A stretch of 41,978 nucleotides of DNA, from positions 1-41,978 of IMG/VR virus record IMGVR_UViG_3300043754_000009. The stretch is one strand, 5' to 3'. A program made the translations under genes and the position numbers. Below, piece by piece: positions 8,170 through 16,588 of the stretch (the first letter of the stretch is position 1; the number at the start of each line of letters is the position of its first letter). Source of the stretch: a virus (taxonomy: Duplodnaviria > Caudoviricetes). The notes beneath the pieces are model-generated. The model saw only the letters and a list, made by a program, of their open reading frames with translations, ran no database searches and was not told the origin of the DNA.

Positions 8170-10433
8170 ACAAGCTGGACTTTGCGGCAATTAATCAATC
8201 ATTGAACGCGGAAAGCGTCGTTCCGATGTGGCTGCCAGATGGCAAGCTGCAAGGTAATGAGTGGGTGAGTCACAACGGTAGCTTCAGCGTCAACCTGCGC
8301 AAGGGCGTGTGGAAGGACTTCTCTGGTGGTGCCGGTGGTGCGGACCTCGTGTCGCTGTACGCATTTCTCTTCCACGACAACAACCAAGGCGCGGCTGCTC
8401 GCGAACTTTCTGAGGAGAACGGTATCGTCTTGAACGCTGAGACTCGTCAACGCGCGCACGAAACCAAGGTGGCGCAACTCGACGAAGCTCGTCCGGAGTG
8501 CGTGTTCCCGGTTCCGCCTGAAGCGCCGACTCCGACATTCCATCACGGAAAGTATGGCCAGCCTTCGCGTAAGTTTGCATATCGGGACGCGGCTGGCGAC
8601 CTGATGATGTACGTATGCCGTTTCGACCCGGAAGGCGAGCGCAAGCAAGTCATTCCGTACAGCTGGTGCAACCATCCCGAGAAAGACGGTAAGGCAGCAC
8701 ACTCACGCTGGACGTGGAAGGGTGTCACAGGCAAGTCGAAGCGTCCTTTGTTCAACCTCGACAAACTGGCGGCGATGCCGGACGTAGACGTAATTATTGT
8801 CGAAGGCGAAAAGGCCGCTGAAGCTGCTCAAGAGATTTTCGGCTCGGCTGCCGCGTGCGTTACGTGGATGGGCGGCGTTGAAACCGCTGACCGTGCAGAT
8901 GTGAAGGCACTCGCTGGTCGCCGCGTTTTCCTGTGGCCGGATTTCGACAGCGCAAAAGACGACGAAGGCAATGTGAAGCCGCTGCACGAGCAGCCTGGCA
9001 TGCGCGCCATGATGAGCATCGCTAGCAACTTGAAGGGCGTGGCACGCGAGCAGCACATGGTTCGCTATGAATTCGGGCAGTTCGAGCACGGCTGGGACCT
9101 TGCTGACGGACAAGCCGAAGGCTGGGACCTGACCAAGGTCATGGAGTACATCGGCGCGAACACCGGTGACCCGGTTGCTGTAGCAGCTAAGCAACCAGCC
9201 GGACGCATCAAGCTTGACGCTAGCGTTAATCCGTTCGGCTATGCACACGTATCCGACAAGGGGCAACCCTTGAACACGGTCGAGAATTTGGCTTATCTTT
9301 TCGAGCAATACGGCATAACTGCACGCTACAACGTCATCAAGAAAGACGTTCTCGTGGAAATTCCGGGCAAGAAATACGTGAACGACAACGCATCGAACTG
9401 CGCGCTCGCAGAAATCAATTCAATCTGCGCACGCAATCGGATGCCGGTAGCCAGCACGGGCGAGTACATCAAGCTCATCGCGGATGCGAATAGTTTCAAC
9501 CCTGCGGCCGAGATGATTGGTGAGCGCGCATGGGATGGCGTGAGCCGACTCGAGGAGCTCTACGACACGCTGAAAACCGCGCCGGGTTACGACCGCGACC
9601 TGATGAAGCTGTTGATTCGCCGCTGGTTGATTTCGTGTGTTGCGGCGGCTCTCAAAGACAAAGGTTTCTGGTCGAAGGGCGTTCTCGTGTTCCAGGGTGA
9701 GCAGTCGCTGGGTAAGACTGCGTGGATTAAAGCATTGCTGCCGTCCGCACGGCGCGAGCTGGTGAAAATCGGCGCGAACATCGACCCGGCCAACAAAGAC
9801 AGCGTGAGCAGCGCAATCGGCCACTGGATTGTTGAACTCGGCGAACTGGATGGAACCTTCCGCAAGGCAGACATCGCTAAGCTCAAGGCGTTCATCAGTC
9901 AGGACATCGACCAGCTGCGTCGTCCGTACGACCGACTGGAATCTACGTATCAGCGCCGCACTGTGTTTTTCGCGAGCGTGAACCCGGAGAAATTCCTGGC
10001 AGACGAAACGGGTAACGTTCGGTGGTGGACGATTCCGGTGATTGACGTGAACTACGAGCACAGCATAGACGTACAGCAGCTGTGGGCCGAAGTCGCTACG
10101 CTGTTCAATGCTGGAGAGAGCTGGTGGCTGAGCCGCGACGAAGAAGCTGCGCTTGCCGAAGTGAATCGTGAGCACGAAGCTGTTGACCCGCTTGAAGAGC
10201 GTATCCACACGATGTTCGACTGGACTCGCAAGGGCATGGGCACGGCGATGACTGCGACGGACGTGCTGATTTCCATCGGCATCGATAAACCGTCTAAATC
10301 ACAGGCAACGGATTGCAGTCGCTTGCTGCAAAAACTTACAGGCCCGGCGGTAAAATCAGGTAGCCGCCGCGTATTCAAGATGCCACCGCGCAACAACGAC
10401 AACCGCTTCGACTACGACGAACGGCCGTTCTAA
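8166..10433 (+). CDS. Primase-helicase (TOPRIM plus VapE-type SF3 helicase)
   Basis: IIVEGEK and WPDFD TOPRIM motifs; GEQSLGKT, WIVELGEL, RRPYDR and DETGNVRW. Confidence 0.9.
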   Translation: MNKLDFAAINQSLNAESVVPMWLPDGKLQGNEWVSHNGSFSVNLRKGVWKDFSGGAGGADLVSLYAFLFHDNNQGAAARELSEENGIVLNAETRQRAHETKVAQLDEARPECVFPVPPEAPTPTFHHGKYGQPSRKFAYRDAAGDLMMYVCRFDPEGERKQVIPYSWCNHPEKDGKAAHSRWTWKGVTGKSKRPLFNLDKLAAMPDVDVIIVEGEKAAEAAQEIFGSAAACVTWMGGVETADRADVKALAGRRVFLWPDFDSAKDDEGNVKPLHEQPGMRAMMSIASNLKGVAREQHMVRYEFGQFEHGWDLADGQAEGWDLTKVMEYIGANTGDPVAVAAKQPAGRIKLDASVNPFGYAHVSDKGQPLNTVENLAYLFEQYGITARYNVIKKDVLVEIPGKKYVNDNASNCALAEINSICARNRMPVASTGEYIKLIADANSFNPAAEMIGERAWDGVSRLEELYDTLKTAPGYDRDLMKLLIRRWLISCVAAALKDKGFWSKGVLVFQGEQSLGKTAWIKALLPSARRELVKIGANIDPANKDSVSSAIGHWIVELGELDGTFRKADIAKLKAFISQDIDQLRRPYDRLESTYQRRTVFFASVNPEKFLADETGNVRWWTIPVIDVNYEHSIDVQQLWAEVATLFNAGESWWLSRDEEAALAEVNREHEAVDPLEERIHTMFDWTRKGMGTAMTATDVLISIGIDKPSKSQATDCSRLLQKLTGPAVKSGSRRVFKMPPRNNDNRFDYDERPF

Positions 10434-10443
10434 CCCACAACAC

Positions 10444-10467
10444 AGGCGCTCACTCGAGCGCCTTTTT
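10444..10467 (+). terminator. Rho-independent terminator
   Basis: AGGCGCTC/GAGCGCCT stem plus T-tract. Confidence 0.75.
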
Positions 10468-10471
10468 CATT

Positions 10472-10678
10472 ATGAACGTCACACTACAAAACGGGCAGGT
10501 TGTCGATAGCGGCAGCGAGGCATGGCGTCACGAGACGGAGGCGCGCGCCGTACTGAGAATGTCCTCTAAACCGATGCGGCAGGACTATCTAAGGCGCGTA
10601 CGGAAAGCACGCGGTGAAGCAGCGGGGGAGAGGCTGGAAGCTACCATCATGAGGCTATGGGAAACGAGTCGGGCATAG
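10472..10678 (+). CDS. Hypothetical phage protein
   Basis: 68-aa ORF with SEAWRHETEAR...RGEAA pattern. Confidence 0.65.
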   Translation: MNVTLQNGQVVDSGSEAWRHETEARAVLRMSSKPMRQDYLRRVRKARGEAAGERLEATIMRLWETSRA

Positions 10679-10711
10679 AGAATTCTCATGACGTATTTCC
10701 GTATTTAGCTA

Positions 10712-10794
10712 TGTACATATCTGTGAATACCCCGTAGAATGGTTTCCATCGGCGGTACATGTAGCAAGTGATAAAAAACAGTTGCTACACTATT
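10712..10794 (+). promoter_or_regulatory. Sigma70-like promoter followed by an operator-like box
   Basis: TGTACA-17-TAGAAT (10712-10740), then the inverted pair TGTAGCAA/TTGCTACA (10760-10789). Confidence 0.6.
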
Positions 10795-10819
10795 CACTAA
10801 CATGAAAAGGAGCTTTACA

Positions 10820-11041
10820 ATGCAAGTCGTCTACTCAGTCTCAACCGAAATCGGCCAAGTCGGCCCGCTGTTCGATGACCTCGATACCGCTGAGGCATCG
10901 CTAGCATACGAAATCATGAAGCTGACGGAACACAACCGAACCGGCTTCAATGCGATGTCGGCCGCAGATGCTCGCCAAAGCGCAGAGGAGTTTTATTTCC
11001 TCGAAGTGCGTGACGCAGCAGGCAACTGGACCCGCGTCTAA
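10820..11041 (+). CDS. Hypothetical protein
   Basis: AGGAG RBS. Confidence 0.7.
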   Translation: MQVVYSVSTEIGQVGPLFDDLDTAEASLAYEIMKLTEHNRTGFNAMSAADARQSAEEFYFLEVRDAAGNWTRV

Positions 11042-11090
11042 TCAAACCAACGAGCCAGCAAAGCGCTGGCTCACCACCCGGAGCTTTACA

Positions 11091-11273
11091 ATGGACCAAT
11101 CTCTTTACCCGTTCGCCGTAGCTTGCTACGACACCTGCACGCTCGTTGAACTCGAGGCCGCGCTGTACTGTGGAAGTTTCTCGGACGACTGCATTGCGTG
11201 GGAAATCTCACCGGAGCAGTGGCACGAACAGGTCCAGATGGCTATCGACGCAAAGCGCGCTGACGCCGAATAA
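11091..11273 (+). CDS. Hypothetical acidic protein, 60 aa
   Basis: GGAG RBS; same 14-bp initiation region as the previous gene. Confidence 0.65.
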   Translation: MDQSLYPFAVACYDTCTLVELEAALYCGSFSDDCIAWEISPEQWHEQVQMAIDAKRADAE

Positions 11274-11305
11274 AACCAACAAACCCACGATAGAAGGAAT
11301 TGAAA

Positions 11306-11917
11306 ATGTCTAAATTCTCCGTCACCCTTGAATCGATGCGCAAAGCTTACGCGAACGTCGAGAGCTACAACCGTCTCGTTCTGGCGTTGCAAGGCAAGCC
11401 GTTCATCGAGCGCGACAGCTACATCGACTACGACCATGCCGAGCTGATTCCGCTCACGACCGTGCTCGAGCACGCAGGAATTGATAACGCAATCTGGGCG
11501 CTCCGCTGCGTTGATAACGCAAACCGCGAAATTCGCCTGTTTTCTATTCAGTGTGCCCGTCAAGTCGAGCACCTGATGAACGACCCGCGCAGCGTTTACG
11601 CGCTCGAGATTGCGGCTGATTTCGCTGAAGGCGCGGCAACGCTGGAAGAGCTTCGCAGCGCACATTTCGAGGCGTGGGAAGCGTGGGAAGAGGCGAAGGC
11701 AGCAAGCAATTCGCCGTTCAACGCAGCGCTCTGTGCAGCGGCAAGCACGGCGCGCGACCCGTCGGCATCCAGCTGGGTAGCAGCCACGGCCGCATTCGAC
11801 GCAGCGCAAGATGCCGCTACGGCCGCAGGTGGTACCGTCGCGGCGTGGGGCGCTGCTCGCCAGGCACAACGCGAATTCTTTACCGAAATGTGCAACGGCA
11901 CGGCTGCATGGCTGTAA
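11306..11917 (+). CDS. Hypothetical phage protein with Ala/Trp-rich helical repeats
   Basis: AAGGA RBS; AIWALRC motif and an Ala-rich C-terminal half. Confidence 0.75.
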   Translation: MSKFSVTLESMRKAYANVESYNRLVLALQGKPFIERDSYIDYDHAELIPLTTVLEHAGIDNAIWALRCVDNANREIRLFSIQCARQVEHLMNDPRSVYALEIAADFAEGAATLEELRSAHFEAWEAWEEAKAASNSPFNAALCAAASTARDPSASSWVAATAAFDAAQDAATAAGGTVAAWGAARQAQREFFTEMCNGTAAWL

Positions 11918-11976
11918 TGAATAAAATGGGGTTGCTATACGTATTCACAACCAACCCTTTTTTTGATAATCTGAAA

Positions 11977-12363
11977 ATGAACGAAAGCAATAACAACACA
12001 TTTCTCGCTGCCTCCGTGATGATGCCGAACGACGGCTGGACAGCTGAGGGGGAGAAAATCGCACGCAGGGACCTCGAGCGTTCTGCATCGATGGCTATAC
12101 TGAAAGGTAAGACCATCAAAGTCTCGAAGACTGAGGCAGGCACGCTGTTCTCGCTTCAACTGCGAGTTTTCAATGCGGACGAATACGACGCAATCATTGA
12201 AGCCGAGCGCAAAAATGCACGCCTTGAAGTTTTCGCTGAGGTGTTGAGGGCTGTAAACGGTGTCGAGGTCGAACAGTACAACGACAGGGATTTCGATAAA
12301 TCCATCGGTGCGCTGAAGGTCGCCGACGCAATCCAAGAACTTGTCAATAAGGAGCTGTCATGA
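11977..12363 (+). CDS. Hypothetical protein
   Basis: 3' part of ORF 11674-12363; the start codon is uncertain. Confidence 0.6.
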   Translation: MNESNNNTFLAASVMMPNDGWTAEGEKIARRDLERSASMAILKGKTIKVSKTEAGTLFSLQLRVFNADEYDAIIEAERKNARLEVFAEVLRAVNGVEVEQYNDRDFDKSIGALKVADAIQELVNKELS

Positions 12364-12467
12364 CTCTGCCGCTTATCGCAATTTTCGCTACGTGTTTCGT
12401 CGTAGCTATCTCTGGTCTGTGCAAGCGCAGCACAAAACAACAACGTGAAAAGTGGGAGTGGAAATGA
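12360..12467 (+). CDS. Small membrane peptide, 35 aa (not in the ORF track)
   Basis: MTLPLIAIFATCFVVAISGLCKRSTKQQREKWEWK, with AAGGAG RBS and ATGA overlaps at both ends. Confidence 0.6.
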   Translation: MTLPLIAIFATCFVVAISGLCKRSTKQQREKWEWK

Positions 12468-13072
12468 AGCATACTGTCGCAGAACAGAAGATTCTCGAAC
12501 TGGCCGAGTACGTTATGGCGGCCAAGGATTTGATGGTGGTGCACGAGCAGCTGAAGGCGGATTACGAGGCGCTGGAGAAGGAGAACAGGCAGCTGCGCGA
12601 AGACGCTCGGCTTGAGCACGCCGCTGGCATGCTCGAGGCTGCGGAGGAAGTCGAGAAGCTGAAGCAGGAAAATCAGCGCCTGATTTCTGAGGTGACATAC
12701 TTCAGGCAGATTGCGCATAAACGCTTCGATGAGATAGCGCTGTTGGAACGTGGTAGAGGTCGTTACCAGCATGAAATTGCGGAGCTTCGTAAAGAACTAG
12801 CCACAACGTACGACCTTCAGTGTCAGGTCGAATACCTTACGAAGCGGAACAGGGTTCTCTACGAAGAGAGCTCATCCGCAGGACAGCAAGCTTATCTTGA
12901 CGGACTGGAGGAGGGTAGGGCAGACGGCGCATGGGAGGTGCTGCAATCGCTGAGCGTGCTCTCTAACGAGAAAATGAAGGAGTTTGCAGCGCAGGGCCAG
13001 TATGGGCACGTATGCGGAGCGAGTGCTATCCGCGACGAGATACTTAAACAGCTGAAAGAAGTGGAGGAGTAA
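12464..13072 (+). CDS. Hypothetical coiled-coil protein
   Basis: Heptad-like E/K/L-rich sequence; coupled start. Confidence 0.7.
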   Translation: MKHTVAEQKILELAEYVMAAKDLMVVHEQLKADYEALEKENRQLREDARLEHAAGMLEAAEEVEKLKQENQRLISEVTYFRQIAHKRFDEIALLERGRGRYQHEIAELRKELATTYDLQCQVEYLTKRNRVLYEESSSAGQQAYLDGLEEGRADGAWEVLQSLSVLSNEKMKEFAAQGQYGHVCGASAIRDEILKQLKEVEE

Positions 13073-13287
13073 TGAATCCGACTAGGCGAGAGGTAGATGT
13101 ACAGCTCGCCGCGTTCGTCTGCAACACAGCATTTAACGATGGACGACGCGCAGAGCTGGAGGAGTTGGAGGCGTTTGCTGATAAGCGCCTCGAGGCACTG
13201 AACAAGGCAGGACTGACTGACTGGGAAAACGGCGTGTGGGAGCTCAAGCTGGAGCTGATGCGCCGTCTCAGAGAATTGAAAATGTAA
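13072..13287 (+). CDS. Hypothetical protein
   Basis: GGAGGAG RBS and TAATG overlap. Confidence 0.7.
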   Translation: MNPTRREVDVQLAAFVCNTAFNDGRRAELEELEAFADKRLEALNKAGLTDWENGVWELKLELMRRLRELKM

Positions 13288-13327
13288 GACCAGACCACTT
13301 TTCAACACGCTGAAGGACCAATATAAA

Positions 13328-13507
13328 ATGACTAAAATTGATTTTCAACGGGATGTGTTTGGCGCGAACGACGACCTCATGGCTGAGGTGAACCGAATTG
13401 AAAAGGCCAAGCGCCTGCTCGAGCAGAACCCGACCGGCCAGGAATATGCGATTGATACCCTCGTTGCTGCGAGCTACAAGCTCATGTTGCGAGCGTGGGG
13501 AGAATGA
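13328..13507 (+). CDS. Hypothetical protein, 59 aa (not in the ORF track)
   Basis: MTKIDFQRDVFGANDDL...RAWGE, ending just before a terminator. Confidence 0.55.
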   Translation: MTKIDFQRDVFGANDDLMAEVNRIEKAKRLLEQNPTGQEYAIDTLVAASYKLMLRAWGE

Positions 13508-13532
13508 AAGGTTACGACGTACTACCAAGACC

Positions 13533-13555
13533 AAACCGCCTTCGGGCGGTTTTTT
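13533..13555 (+). terminator. Rho-independent terminator
   Basis: AAACCGCC-TTCG-GGCGGTTT plus T-tract. Confidence 0.85.
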
Positions 13556-13595
13556 GTTGTTCGCTACCAGCGAAATGCTCGGTCGGTTGCCATAG

Positions 13596-13912
13596 TTGGT
13601 CCCTGTTAGCCCCATTTTGGGACTAACTTTTCGATAGGTAGTCCCACGTCAAACCCTTACCCAGTAAGGGTTCCAGCCATTTTGGGACTACATGGGACAA
13701 GGTATTAAAAGATAGGTAGGGCTATGTAGGCTATATGTAAGGTAGTATGCTATATGTAATAATGTCACTAGATAGCCCCGTATACTTTAAGAAAACGTAG
13801 TCCCACTTGTCCCATAGTCCCAAAATCACCCGCAAACCCTTACTGGATAAGGGTTTCGCATTGGGACAAGCTTGTCCCTGCTTGTCCCACGCTTGTCCCA
13901 GTTAGTCCCAAA
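13596..13912. repeat. Symmetric GGGAC/GTCCC repeat array around an AT-rich core; candidate lytic replication origin
   Basis: About 13 GGGAC/GTCCC copies, two AAACCCTTA...TAAGGGTT palindromes and roughly 60-bp imperfect inverted arms. Confidence 0.7.
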
Positions 13913-13979
13913 GTTATCAATTCAAGAATTTTCAGAAGTTGACAAAAACAGTTGCTATACTATTTTTGTATCTTGACAA

Positions 13980-14498
13980 ATGGGAGACTTGGTGCGATTA
14001 CCGACAAGCGTTCAAGAAATAGCCGACGTCATCGGCAGAGAGCGAGCCTTATACCTGGTAGGGCAGTTACCGCGATGCGTCGCGGGTGTAGATGGGAAGA
14101 AATCGTCGCGTGTGATTTTGTACGTTCCGAGCGTATCACGGCTGACTCTAGACCATGAGCTGGTGCGGATACTTGGCTATAACGATGCGCTGAAGATGTG
14201 CCGCAACTTTGGCGGTCTAATACTTCAGCTAGCAAACTGCTCAGACATCTATAACAACTATCGCGACAAGATGATTTTGAAATTCTTGAGCGAGGGGATG
14301 ACGCCGGTGCAGGTCGCTGCAATCCTAGGCATATCGGATAGGCATGTACGTGGTAGAGCGAAGCTTTTATCGCCTGTGAAAGTGGAAATTCCACAAGAGG
14401 AATTAATTCCACGGGAAAACCATAATGCTACTTATCTGATGCGCGCTAACCACGGATACAACAAACAATGCACGACGAACACGGGCTTGGCCTGCTAG
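13980..14498 (+). CDS. Mor/C-family late transcription activator
   Basis: EIADVIGRERAL...LYVP...FGG with C-terminal HTH (PVQVAAILGISDRHVR); sits directly before the lysis genes. Confidence 0.75.
   Translation: MGDLVRLPTSVQEIADVIGRERALYLVGQLPRCVAGVDGKKSSRVILYVPSVSRLTLDHELVRILGYNDALKMCRNFGGLILQLANCSDIYNNYRDKMILKFLSEGMTPVQVAAILGISDRHVRGRAKLLSPVKVEIPQEELIPRENHNATYLMRANHGYNKQCTTNTGLAC
14384..14426 (+). promoter_or_regulatory. Late promoter 1 (lysis and packaging genes)
   Basis: GGAAATTCCACAAGAGGAA, with -10 CATAAT starting 30 bp after the first C of CCACAA. Confidence 0.75.
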
Positions 14499-14704
14499 CC
14501 AAAATTGCAGGAATCTGGGCCATGATTGGGGTTACATCATGGTCTGAAGCTGCTTCATTTGCAGCTTTCGCTTTCACAATGTATTTGCTGCTCCGCAAGG
14601 TCTTCCTCGATTTCCGTCATCTGTTTGTTAAAGACGAGAAACCTCAGAAGCCGCGAGACGAGCACGAAACCAGCTTCGACTGGACTAATGATGAAACTGA
14701 TTGA
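14468..14704 (+). CDS. Holin-like membrane protein
   Basis: Hydrophobic N-terminal segments and a charged tail; first gene of the lysis cassette. Confidence 0.65.
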   Translation: MHDEHGLGLLAKIAGIWAMIGVTSWSEAASFAAFAFTMYLLLRKVFLDFRHLFVKDEKPQKPRDEHETSFDWTNDETD

Positions 14705-14930
14705 CGACGCCTCGCAATTCTGGAAGTTCTACTCGACGCATGCAGCCTACATCGGCTTCGTGCTGCTTGGCACGCTTGCGTATATCTCGCAGAACGGCGT
14801 GACGCTTCCAAAGGCTGTCATCGTTGGCGCTGTCATTCTGTCGGGCTTCAGCTTTTCAATTGCTCGAGTAATCAAACAAGCAGCCGGTTCGCCTGCTGTT
14901 CCTGGAGGCGATAGCAATGCTGCCCAATGA
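14688..14930 (+). CDS. Second holin-like protein with two TM segments
   Basis: MMKLIDDASQFWKFYS...ARVIKQ, directly before the endolysin. Confidence 0.7.
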   Translation: MMKLIDDASQFWKFYSTHAAYIGFVLLGTLAYISQNGVTLPKAVIVGAVILSGFSFSIARVIKQAAGSPAVPGGDSNAAQ

Positions 14931-15375
14931 CTTTATTTCAGCAGTAGCACCCGCTGCACAGCAATGCATGCGGCAATCCAAAGTTTTCGCAAGCGTGACG
15001 CTTGCACAGGCGATTCTCGAGAGTGGTTGGGGTTCGTCTGGGTTGGCTCAAAAGGGCTTCAACCTGTTCGGCATTAAGGCTATCGGCGGCTGGACTGGTC
15101 CGACTATCTCGATGCCGACCCGCGAAGTCGTTAACGGGCAATCTATTACCGTGCAGGCGGCTTTCCGCAAGTATCCGAACTGGCTGGGCAGCATTCAGGA
15201 CCATGCGGCGTTCCTGACGGGCAATCCGCGCTATGCAGCGGCATTCAAGGCTGCAAACGGCGAAGCGTTCGCAACTGCAATCGCAGCTGCTGGCTACGCA
15301 ACAGACCCTAACTATGCGAATTCATTGATTGCGCTGATGCGTCAGCACAATCTTGCGCAATACGACCAGGCCTAA
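14917..15375 (+). CDS. Endolysin, GH73 glucosaminidase (FlgJ-like)
   Basis: AQAILESGWG, NLFGIKA, FRKY and GYATDPNY motifs. Confidence 0.92.
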   Translation: MLPNDFISAVAPAAQQCMRQSKVFASVTLAQAILESGWGSSGLAQKGFNLFGIKAIGGWTGPTISMPTREVVNGQSITVQAAFRKYPNWLGSIQDHAAFLTGNPRYAAAFKAANGEAFATAIAAAGYATDPNYANSLIALMRQHNLAQYDQA

Positions 15376-15377
15376 AA

Positions 15378-15701
15378 ATGGCAGCCATCATTGCAATGAT
15401 TACCGCGATTATCGCCATGCTGAACGGTGGTGTGACGCTCATCAAGTCGATTTTCGGGAAATCCTCGACTGGAAGCGACGCTGTCGCAACTGGTGTTGCT
15501 GTAGAGAACAAAACGGACGAAATCACGGCGCAAGCTACACGCAGCGCTGAAAACGCGGTCTCACAGGAAATTCAAAATGCGAATGTTAAAACTGACGCTA
15601 GCGTCGCTGCTGTGCGTAACGCTAGTAGCGTGCGCGAGCAACAAAGCGCCATCGATGACGCAATCAATGGCGCAAACGCACCAGCTGGTTCCGACCGTTA
15701 A
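15378..15701 (+). CDS. Inner-membrane spanin (Rz-like)
   Basis: N-terminal TM segment and helical periplasmic part, after the endolysin. Confidence 0.65.
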   Translation: MAAIIAMITAIIAMLNGGVTLIKSIFGKSSTGSDAVATGVAVENKTDEITAQATRSAENAVSQEIQNANVKTDASVAAVRNASSVREQQSAIDDAINGANAPAGSDR

Positions 15702-15933
15702 TTGTGGCGAAGATGCTCCAGACGGCTCGCTACCTAGCTATCCGCGTTTGGCTGACGATGCTGCGCTTAGCGCAATGTCCGCCGACGAACAAATCGCAAG
15801 ACTCAAGTCCGACCGTACAGCAGCAGGTGTTTGGGCAGTACAAGCAGCAGGGCAGTTTGGACTCGAGAAAAAACTCCGTTTCACAACCCGAAATTGCCTC
15901 GCAGACCTCAGAACGCGCGGCGTTATCAACTAA
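15577..15933 (+). CDS. Outer-membrane lipoprotein spanin (Rz1-like)
   Basis: LVAC lipobox; overlaps the i-spanin gene in another frame. Confidence 0.7.
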   Translation: MRMLKLTLASLLCVTLVACASNKAPSMTQSMAQTHQLVPTVNCGEDAPDGSLPSYPRLADDAALSAMSADEQIARLKSDRTAAGVWAVQAAGQFGLEKKLRFTTRNCLADLRTRGVIN

Positions 15934-15946
15934 AAGGATTTACACC

Positions 15947-16372
15947 ATGGTTAGCATTCTCACAGTAGTTTCCGCAGTAGAAGCCGCGTTCGAAGCAGCT
16001 GAAGCCGTTGAAAAGGAATTCGAAATCCTGAAGCCGTACATCACGCAGTTCATGAACACGGCTGAAACGGCTTACGCCAGTTCCACGACCGCAGGCTCGT
16101 CTAAGTTCGCCGCTGTCATGGCCTCTGTCAAAGCTGTTGCTGGAGCACTTGGATTGAGCTGGTCGTCCGGTCTGGAGACGACCATCCAGTCGTTTATCAA
16201 CGTTGCCAAGGCAGCATTCAATGCGTTCGCAGCGGTAGTTACAGCAGTGGCACCGAACTCGGCTGGTGGCGTTGCTTCAGCTGTCAGCGCAGTGTCGAGC
16301 GCTGCTGAGGTGGCATCGAGCACGTTGACAACTCTGTCGTCGCTGTCCGCCGCGACGTCGTCCGCAGCCTAA
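15947..16372 (+). CDS. Ala/Ser-rich amphipathic protein at the end of the lysis cassette
   Basis: AAGGA RBS before ATG 15947; 141 aa. Confidence 0.65.
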   Translation: MVSILTVVSAVEAAFEAAEAVEKEFEILKPYITQFMNTAETAYASSTTAGSSKFAAVMASVKAVAGALGLSWSSGLETTIQSFINVAKAAFNAFAAVVTAVAPNSAGGVASAVSAVSSAAEVASSTLTTLSSLSAATSSAA

Positions 16373-16484
16373 CGTCCGTCATCGTGCGCGCATCTTCACT
16401 CAACATGCAGCGTGCGCGCACGTCCGAAGACGGCACCACTATGGTGCAACGATGCACCAAAGAAGGGAAAACCCACAGAGAAAT

Positions 16485-16529
16485 GGGTCCTTCCCGGGCC
16501 GTCCGGCCTGCGGGGACATGGCCCCCGCA
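16485..16529 (+). other. Candidate cos site (cosQ plus cosN-like dyad)
   Basis: GGGTCCT (identical to lambda cosQ) followed by the dyad TGCGGGG-ACATGGC-CCCCGCA, just upstream of terS. Confidence 0.65.
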
Positions 16530-16588
16530 TATATCCACCTCTGCGTGATTTCGGATTGTGAAATTTACTATTACGAATTGATAAGAAA

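Noticed and set aside
13596-13912. Repeat region as a CRISPR array or protelomerase telRL site
   Set aside because: There is no repeat-spacer periodicity and no cas genes. The arms are imperfect and separated by about 100 bp, and no protelomerase gene is present.
16466-16483. GGAAAACCCACAGAGAAA as a sixth late promoter
   Set aside because: It is degenerate and has no -10 hexamer at the conserved 30-bp offset.
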